64,000 bases of DNA. Source: an uncultured Acidimicrobiales bacterium (GTDB lineage Bacteria; Actinomycetota; Acidimicrobiia; Acidimicrobiales; CAVXTF01). Made by a program: the position numbers and the translations under genes. Each line of letters begins with the position of its first letter. Within the stretch, counting starts at the first letter, position 1. Below are positions 49,687-56,348 of this stretch, in pieces. The DNA is taken from the NCBI GenBank assembly GCA_963764615.1, contig CAVXTF010000002.1:1746745-1810744 (forward strand), written 5' to 3'. Under the pieces are notes generated by a model. It did no database searches. It saw nothing but the letters and a program-made list of their open reading frames with translations, and was not told where the DNA came from.

Positions 49687-51134
49687 TTCGACCCGGTAGT
49701 GGCGTACACCGAAGACTGAGAAGTCCCTCCGGGTCGACGTCGCCCGAGCCTCTTTTTCCACCGCGACGCCATGGCTTCACCAGCCGCCACGATCCCGGCG
49801 CTTGCGAGCACGACCAGCGCCACCTCGAACTCCGCCCGGAAGCGCACCTGCCCATAGCCCGTCGCTGCGATCACGGTCACCGCCACAGCCACGACGAGCA
49901 ACGGCCAGACCTTCACCGACCGCCTCCTCAACACGACGACGCCGGCCACCGCGAACGGCAGGAGCAGGTAATAGGAAAGCAGGCCGCCGAGTGAGGCGGG
50001 GATCGGCCGTCCCTCGTTCACGTCGGTGTCCACCATCTGCAGGGGCTCGTACAGGTCCCAGACCCTGCCCACCCGCGCCGCCGCGACGACCGGCAGCCTG
50101 CTCGCGTGGTGCTCCAGATAGTGAAGGCCGGCGTCGAACTGCCTTGCGGACTCGACCGACTGCTCCTGAGCGGGAGGGACGTCGATTGAGCAAGGGAGAC
50201 TCCAGCTGCCGAGTCCCGGTCCGTAGTACGTCTGTGGGCAGTTGGCCCCGAGGAGCACCGGCCCCTCCCCGGTCGAGAGGAAAGTCGGATCGCGAAAGGA
50301 GTCCAAATTTCGACCCACCCAGGGAGAGACGACAAGGAGCGCTGCCAGGAGACTCACGGCTGTTAGGACGAGCCGTCGACCCCATGGGATCCCCCTCAGG
50401 CCCAGCGCCGCCGGCACGAGGAGAAGAGGCAGGAGCAAGATGAGTTCGGCCCGGGTGAGGATCTCGAGCCCGCATCCGATGCCGAGGAGAACGCCATTGG
50501 CGATCCCCGGCGAGTCCATGAAGCGGTACGCGGCGAGGAGGATCAAGACCATGAGCAGCATGCTGACCGTCTCGGACATGACGATCCCGTTCGGGATCCA
50601 CATGTTGGGGTACAGCGCTGCGACTACCGCTGCGACGATTCCTACACGGGTTCCTGCCAGCCGGCGTCCGAGCAAGCCCACGCACAGCACGACCGCCGAC
50701 CCCAAGACAGCCATCGTCAGGCGCTGCGGAGTCTCACCCGGTGGCAGGCCGAACAAGTAGGTGGCGGGTGTGAGCACGAACGCGGTCATCGGCGGATGCG
50801 CAGCATCGGGGCCGTGTCCGAAGATCACCGGAAAGAAATGGCCAGAAGCGAGAGTGAGGGCCTGCAGCTCGTAGTACGCGGAGTCGTAGAGCTTGTAGGG
50901 CTCGTTGCGCGTCACCACGAGCACGTAAAGCACGCGAAACACGAGCGCGCCCCCTGTGACCACCCCGAGCCACAGGCCGAACCGGGAGTGTGCCTGACGC
51001 CGGATGTCGGAGGCCCCGCGTGGAGGGTCGGTCTGCGCTTCGAGCAGCAACGGCGAGCCTGGCACAGGCGCAATCATTGTCGTTCGGTCGATCCAGCCGT
51101 TGGTCCGAGCGTCTTGGGCCGGATTTGCTTGCAT
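49683..51134 (-). CDS. ArnT/PMT-like (GT39/GT83-type) polytopic membrane glycosyltransferase candidate
   Basis: 483 aa with more than 10 TM segments. The first-loop region VTRNEPYKLYDSAYYELQALTLASGHFF resembles the phospholipid-carrier-dependent glycosyltransferase layout. Confidence 0.5.
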   Translation of the reverse strand: MQANPAQDARTNGWIDRTTMIAPVPGSPLLLEAQTDPPRGASDIRRQAHSRFGLWLGVVTGGALVFRVLYVLVVTRNEPYKLYDSAYYELQALTLASGHFFPVIFGHGPDAAHPPMTAFVLTPATYLFGLPPGETPQRLTMAVLGSAVVLCVGLLGRRLAGTRVGIVAAVVAALYPNMWIPNGIVMSETVSMLLMVLILLAAYRFMDSPGIANGVLLGIGCGLEILTRAELILLLPLLLVPAALGLRGIPWGRRLVLTAVSLLAALLVVSPWVGRNLDSFRDPTFLSTGEGPVLLGANCPQTYYGPGLGSWSLPCSIDVPPAQEQSVESARQFDAGLHYLEHHASRLPVVAAARVGRVWDLYEPLQMVDTDVNEGRPIPASLGGLLSYYLLLPFAVAGVVVLRRRSVKVWPLLVVAVAVTVIAATGYGQVRFRAEFEVALVVLASAGIVAAGEAMASRWKKRLGRRRPGGTSQSSVYATTGSN

Positions 51135-51223
51135 ATGCGCGATAAAAGCGGCAGTTTGACGTCAAGCACACCGGTCGACCGCCCCCGGGGCCGACGAGGA
51201 TTCCGACCAAGGAGCCACACGCA

Positions 51224-53896
51224 GTGCGAACCACGCCTTTGCGACCCGGCGGCGGGGCCCGCCGCTCGCGCCGCGTCGCCTGGCTCGTTGCGTCGAGCGC
51301 AGCGGCCACCCTGGTCGTCGGGACGTTCGACATGGCAGCCGACGCACCGGCAGCTGCCGCATGGGCTGCCCGCTCATCTCCTTCAGCCAGGGAGTTCGTG
51401 GTCGACACCACGGCGGACTCGCACGACGCCCATCCCGGGGACGGGTCATGCGCAGACACGTCGGGAAAGTGCTCGCTCCGAAGCGCCGTCGAGGAAGCCG
51501 ACGCTCTCGGGGCGCCGGTCACCGTGATCGTGCCTGCGGGGACTTACCGCCTGTCATTAGGAGCCCTAGTGGCTACCGACCCGGCAGGCATCGACATCGT
51601 GGGCGCAGGGACGGCCCTGACGACGATCACTGCCGGTGGGTCGTCACGTGATGTCACCGTCAAGGAGGCCGGGTCCGGCAAGGACCCTTTCGGCGGTGCT
51701 GTCGCAACGCTGTCGGGAGTCACGATCACCGGAGGCACTGCGCATGCCGGCGGGGACATCGACGTGATGGACGCGAACGACACGCTCATGCTCGAGCAGG
51801 CCTCGGTGTCGGGAGGGCGAGCGGCCGACGGCGGGGGGATAGCGACGTCCGGCCAGATAGGGATCTCGGGATCCTCGGTGAGCGGCAACTCCGCGACCGA
51901 CGATGGGGGAGGCATTGCGGCATCGGACGCCTCGGTTCGCGTCGCGGACTCGACGCTCGACGGCGACTCCGCGCAGTTCGGCGGAGCGATGTTCCTTCAG
52001 GACTGCGTGACGTCGCTCGGATCTACGACGCTCGGCTCGAACACGGCTTCGTCCTCCATGGCCGACAGCTCGGGCGGGGCGATATACGACTCAGGTCCAA
52101 TGGACATCGTCTCCGACCAGTTCTCCTCGGACGCGGCCGAGGGCCTGAAGACTGAGAGCTCCTTCGGCGGTGCCATCTACGAGTCCAAAGGCGGTGTGAC
52201 CGTGACCGGCACCACATTCTCGGACGACCGGTCCACCGTCTCGTCCGACGGTGACGCTTCGGGCGGAGCCGTCTTCGCAGGTGGTCCCCTCACGGTGAGC
52301 GGATCGTCATTCCGTGACGATGCGACCGCGGGAGAAGGATCCGACCTCGGTGGCGCGATCTACGACAACTCGTTCGCCTCCATCAGCGGATCGTCGTTCG
52401 ACTCCGACCGGGCCGACGGAACGGCTGCTTCGACCTTCGGTGGAGCTGTCTACGACGCGGGAGCTGGTGCCGACATAGCCAACACCACATTCGACGGAAA
52501 TGTCGCTGTGAACGGCAACGGCGGCGCCATCGCCTCATCGGGCGGCGGGGAGTTGCTCTCCGGCGACACCTTCTCGAGGAACGAGGCGACGGGCGGCGCC
52601 AACGGCGAAGGAGGCGCGTTGTGGGCCGAATCCGCGTTCACCTCACAGGGCTCCACATTCGTGCTGAACCACGCGCAGGTTCTAGGAGGGGCCATCTGGG
52701 AGGACGACTCCTCCTCGCTCGAGGGCACGACCGTCGAGCAGAACTCCGCAAACCAGGGGGGAGGGGTCTACGTCTTCTGGGTGCTCCAGGCGACGGACTC
52801 GGCTTTCTTGGACAACGCGGCGACTGGGCCCGAAAGCACCGGCGGGGCCATCATGATCTCGGGAACGCACGGTGGCCCGAAGGTGCACCACGTCGACCTG
52901 CAATACGTGACGATCGCGGGAAACACCGCCGACATCGGGGCCGGTATAGCGGACCAGGCGGGCAAGGCAGATGCGGTGGGCGGAACGATCGGCGATTCGG
53001 TCATCGCCGGGAACCTCACCCCCTCCGGGCACGAGCAGGACTGCAGTATCGGCGGTGGACCCCGCGCCGCACTCCCGTGGAGCTCGGCCGGGGGAAACGT
53101 GGCGGGTGACACGACCTGCCGTCTGGATCAGGCGACCGACCGCGAGGGGGAGAGTGAGCAGGGCTACGCGGAGTCCGGCGCTGACGGCGGGGTGTTCAAC
53201 TTCGGTACCGAGTACCTGGGGTCGATGGGCGACAGGCACCTGAACTCCCCTGTCGTCGGCGCTGCGATGAGACCCGGCAACCAGGGCTATTGGGAGGTCG
53301 CATCCGACGGAGGCGTGTTCAGCTTCGGCGACGCGCAGTACTTCGGCTCCATGGGAGGCAGGCACCTGAATGAACCGATCGTCGCGATGACCGCGACGCC
53401 CGACGGCATGGGCTACTGGCTGGTCGCCTCCGACGGCGGCGTTTTCAGCTTCGGCGACGCACGGTACTTCGGCTCCATGGGAGGCAGGCACTTGAACGCA
53501 CCGATCGTCGCCATGGCCCGCACGCCCGACGGGCGGGGCTACTGGCTCGTCGCCTCCGACGGAGGCGTGTTCAGCTTCGGCGACGCCGACTTCTTCGGGT
53601 CGACGGGTGGCGTGCAGTTGAACGGGCCCGTGGTCGCACTTGACCCCGCGCCCGACGGCGTCGGGTACACCCTTTTCGCGTCCGATGGCGGGGAATTCAA
53701 TTTCGGGACGACCTACGAGGCGAACAGGTTCGTTCCGTCGTCGCCGATCGTCTCCGCTGCCGCGACCCCAGACGGGCTCGGATACTGGGAGATGGCGGCC
53801 GACGGCTCGGTGTACGCACTCGGCGACGCTGCGTTCGACGGGCCGTCCAGGGCTCTTCGCCTTCGGGCACTCGTGGTTTCAGGGTTCGCGACCTGA
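51224..53896 (+). CDS. secreted right-handed beta-helix (PMP/GGAI-repeat) protein with C-terminal six-fold 40-aa repeat module
   Basis: RBS aaggag. Arg-rich signal-like N-terminus. GKCSLRSAVEEADALGAPVTVIVPAGTYRL motif. Many GGAI/GGAV/GGAM-containing degenerate repeats. Six GYWLVASDGGVFSFGDAxYFGS repeats at the C-terminus. Confidence 0.7.
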   Translation: MRTTPLRPGGGARRSRRVAWLVASSAAATLVVGTFDMAADAPAAAAWAARSSPSAREFVVDTTADSHDAHPGDGSCADTSGKCSLRSAVEEADALGAPVTVIVPAGTYRLSLGALVATDPAGIDIVGAGTALTTITAGGSSRDVTVKEAGSGKDPFGGAVATLSGVTITGGTAHAGGDIDVMDANDTLMLEQASVSGGRAADGGGIATSGQIGISGSSVSGNSATDDGGGIAASDASVRVADSTLDGDSAQFGGAMFLQDCVTSLGSTTLGSNTASSSMADSSGGAIYDSGPMDIVSDQFSSDAAEGLKTESSFGGAIYESKGGVTVTGTTFSDDRSTVSSDGDASGGAVFAGGPLTVSGSSFRDDATAGEGSDLGGAIYDNSFASISGSSFDSDRADGTAASTFGGAVYDAGAGADIANTTFDGNVAVNGNGGAIASSGGGELLSGDTFSRNEATGGANGEGGALWAESAFTSQGSTFVLNHAQVLGGAIWEDDSSSLEGTTVEQNSANQGGGVYVFWVLQATDSAFLDNAATGPESTGGAIMISGTHGGPKVHHVDLQYVTIAGNTADIGAGIADQAGKADAVGGTIGDSVIAGNLTPSGHEQDCSIGGGPRAALPWSSAGGNVAGDTTCRLDQATDREGESEQGYAESGADGGVFNFGTEYLGSMGDRHLNSPVVGAAMRPGNQGYWEVASDGGVFSFGDAQYFGSMGGRHLNEPIVAMTATPDGMGYWLVASDGGVFSFGDARYFGSMGGRHLNAPIVAMARTPDGRGYWLVASDGGVFSFGDADFFGSTGGVQLNGPVVALDPAPDGVGYTLFASDGGEFNFGTTYEANRFVPSSPIVSAAATPDGLGYWEMAADGSVYALGDAAFDGPSRALRLRALVVSGFAT
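53162..53893 (+). repeat. six tandem ~120-126-nt coding repeats (GYWLVASDGGVFSFGDAxYFGSMGGRHLNxPIVAMxxTPDG)
   Basis: Repeat starts fall at about 53162, 53285, 53411, 53537, 53663 and 53780. Repeats 2-4 are nearly identical at the protein level. Confidence 0.85.
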
Positions 53897-53920
53897 GGCC
53901 GCACTTGCGGGAACCGCCGA

Positions 53921-54718
53921 TCACAAATCCTGAGATCGGCCTCCTGGCCTGAAGTACCGGTAAAGGCCGTCCACGCCCGAGCCGTGAAGCGTCATGCCCC
54001 CGTCCACGACGATGTTCTGACCGGTCACGAACCTCGCCAGGTCGGAGCACAGGAATAGGACCACGTCGGCTATGTCCTCCGGTGTGCCGATACGCCCGGC
54101 AGGAGTCTTGTCGACCATCCGCTCGACGAGGTCCGGGAAATTCTCCGTGAGCGGAGCGGTCAGTGCCGTGGCGATCATTCCCGGAGATACTGCATTGCAC
54201 CGAACCGCGGGGCCGTATTCGAGAGCGACGCTCGCACAGAACGCCGCCACACCCGCCTTCGAAGCCGCATAGGCGGCCTCGCCCTCTGCGGGACGGACTC
54301 CGCTTATCGACGCTGTGCAAACGATGCTTCCGGCACCGCATCTCACCAGGTGGGGAAGACACTCGCGCACGGTGTGGAAGACGCCCGACAGGTTCACGTC
54401 GATCACCTTGCGCCACTCGCCGGCGTCCATCTCGTCCACGGCGCCGAAGCTCCCGATCCCGGCATTGGCGAACACAGCCGACAACCCGCCGAGCTCTCCC
54501 GCGGCGTCCGCCACGGTCCGGCGCATCTGGTCGTGATCGCTCACGTCGGCGACGAACGCGCACCCATCGACGTCACCAGCGACCGCGTGAGCGGACTCGG
54601 AGTCGCGGTCCACCACGGCGACCTTCGCGCCGTGCTCGGCCATGCGACGGCATGTCGCCGCCCCTATCCCCGACCCGCCGCCGGTGACGAGGGCCTTCTG
54701 TCCGTCGAGAAGGCCCAT
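53921..54718 (-). CDS. classical SDR family oxidoreductase (FabG-like)
   Basis: 265 aa with TGGGSGIGAAT, NAGIG and YAASKAGV (YxxxK). Confidence 0.85.
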   Translation of the reverse strand: MGLLDGQKALVTGGGSGIGAATCRRMAEHGAKVAVVDRDSESAHAVAGDVDGCAFVADVSDHDQMRRTVADAAGELGGLSAVFANAGIGSFGAVDEMDAGEWRKVIDVNLSGVFHTVRECLPHLVRCGAGSIVCTASISGVRPAEGEAAYAASKAGVAAFCASVALEYGPAVRCNAVSPGMIATALTAPLTENFPDLVERMVDKTPAGRIGTPEDIADVVLFLCSDLARFVTGQNIVVDGGMTLHGSGVDGLYRYFRPGGRSQDL

Positions 54719-54762
54719 CGGAGGTGTGTCGACCTTGGATCAGGCTGGGCGGAGGCCGGTTC

Positions 54763-56277
54763 TCAGCCGACGACGGGAGACTCGGGCTGCGGATCGGCAG
54801 CGTCGGGCTCGGGAATGGAGGCTTGCGCCGGCGCATGCTCAGGTTCTGCGGCTCCGGGGTCGCCTCCGGACTCGAGGACTGCGCCCTCTTCGGGCGGAGC
54901 AACGGCTACTGCGTGCGCTGTCTCGGGGTGCTCCACCAGATCCGCCCATGCCGCCTGTGCCTCGGTCTCCGGGGTGAACTCGGCGTCGCCATAGTCGAAA
55001 CCGATGTAGTTGCCCTGCTCGTCGTAGGCGTGCTCGCCGAAAGCCTCGCGGTACTCCTCCGACACCTCGCCGCCTTCTGCCGCCTGCTTGATCGACAGGC
55101 TGATACGGCGGCGCTGCAGGTCGATGTCGATGATCTTGACCCACAGCTCCTCGCCCGTGTTCACTACCTGTTCGGGCAGGTCCACGTGGTGCACCGCCAT
55201 CTCCGAGATGTGCACCAGACCCTCGATGCCGTCGCCGACCTGGACGAACGCACCGAACGGCACGAGTTTGGTGATCCGCCCGTAGACGAGCTCCCCCACC
55301 TGGTGGGTGTTGGCGAAGTCCTGCCACGGGTCGGTCTGCGTCGCCTTGAGTGACAGGCTGATTCGCTCCTTGCTCAGGTCGACGTCGAGGACCTCGACGT
55401 CGACCTCGTCGCCTACTGCGACGACCGACGAGGGATGGTCGACGTGCTTCCATGAAAGCTCGGACACGTGGATGAGGCCGTCCATCCCGCCGAGGTCGAC
55501 GAACGCACCGAAGTTCACGACCGACGAGACCACGCCGCGACGTCGCTCACCTGGCTTCAGGTTGGCGAGGAAGTCACCGCGCTGTTCGCGCTGGGTCTCT
55601 TCGAGCCACGCCCGGCGTGACAGGACGACGTTGTTGCGATTGCGGTCCAGCTCGATGATCTTTGCTTCGATGGAACGCCCGACATACGGCTGGAGCTCCC
55701 GGACCCTGCGCAGCTCCACGAGCGATGCAGGAAGGAACCCTCTGAGACCGATGTCGACGATCAGGCCGCCCTTCACAACTTCGATGACGGGGCCCTTCAC
55801 CACCCCTTCGGATTCCTTGATCTTCTCGATGGTGCCCCAAGCGCGTTCGTACTGTGCACGCTTCTTCGAAAGGATGAGCCGACCTTCTTTGTCCTCCTTC
55901 TGGAGGACGAGAGCTTCGACGTGCTCTCCGAGAGAGACGATCTGGTCGGGGTCGACGTCGTTGCGGATCGACAGCTCGCGTACCGGGATCACACCCTCGG
56001 ATTTGAAGCCGATGTCCAAGAGGACTTCGTCCTTGTCGATCTTCACGACCGTTCCCTCGACGATGTCCCCGTCGTCGAACTCGACGATGGTCGAAGCGAT
56101 CGCGTCGTCGAGTGACGTACCCGTCAGGTCGTCTTCGGTCACCGCACGCGGCAGGTAGTTGCCTTCCGCGTCGAAGGTGCCCATCGGCATCTCCGGAAGC
56201 AGGGCGACTCCACCAGTTGAGGCGGATGTGTTTCGGTTCTCGGGAGCGCCGGCGGTGCCGGCGTCGTGGTCGGACAT
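54763..56277 (-). CDS. rpsA: 30S ribosomal protein S1
   Basis: Four S1 domains (FDDGDIVEGTVVKIDKDEVLLDIGFKSEGVIPVRELS and following). It has an acidic/Pro-rich C-terminal tail. The ATG at 56277 is used; the longest ORF starts with a TTG at 56319. Confidence 0.9.
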   Translation of the reverse strand: MSDHDAGTAGAPENRNTSASTGGVALLPEMPMGTFDAEGNYLPRAVTEDDLTGTSLDDAIASTIVEFDDGDIVEGTVVKIDKDEVLLDIGFKSEGVIPVRELSIRNDVDPDQIVSLGEHVEALVLQKEDKEGRLILSKKRAQYERAWGTIEKIKESEGVVKGPVIEVVKGGLIVDIGLRGFLPASLVELRRVRELQPYVGRSIEAKIIELDRNRNNVVLSRRAWLEETQREQRGDFLANLKPGERRRGVVSSVVNFGAFVDLGGMDGLIHVSELSWKHVDHPSSVVAVGDEVDVEVLDVDLSKERISLSLKATQTDPWQDFANTHQVGELVYGRITKLVPFGAFVQVGDGIEGLVHISEMAVHHVDLPEQVVNTGEELWVKIIDIDLQRRRISLSIKQAAEGGEVSEEYREAFGEHAYDEQGNYIGFDYGDAEFTPETEAQAAWADLVEHPETAHAVAVAPPEEGAVLESGGDPGAAEPEHAPAQASIPEPDAADPQPESPVVG

Positions 56278-56348
56278 AAGTAGTAGGAGCTCGCTTTCAG
56301 GACACGACCCGTCCGGCAAGATTCGTCCTGACCGGATTGGGCCTCGGA

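Noticed and set aside
42293-54718. The FAD oxidoreductase (42293-43867) plus the SDR (53921-54718) as a DprE1/DprE2-like epimerase pair feeding the AftD-like enzyme.
   Set aside because: The FAD protein has a Rossmann GxGxxG amine-oxidase/UGM-like N-terminus, not the VAO-type FAD domain of DprE1. The SDR is a generic FabG-like enzyme 10 kb away on the far side of an ABC operon.
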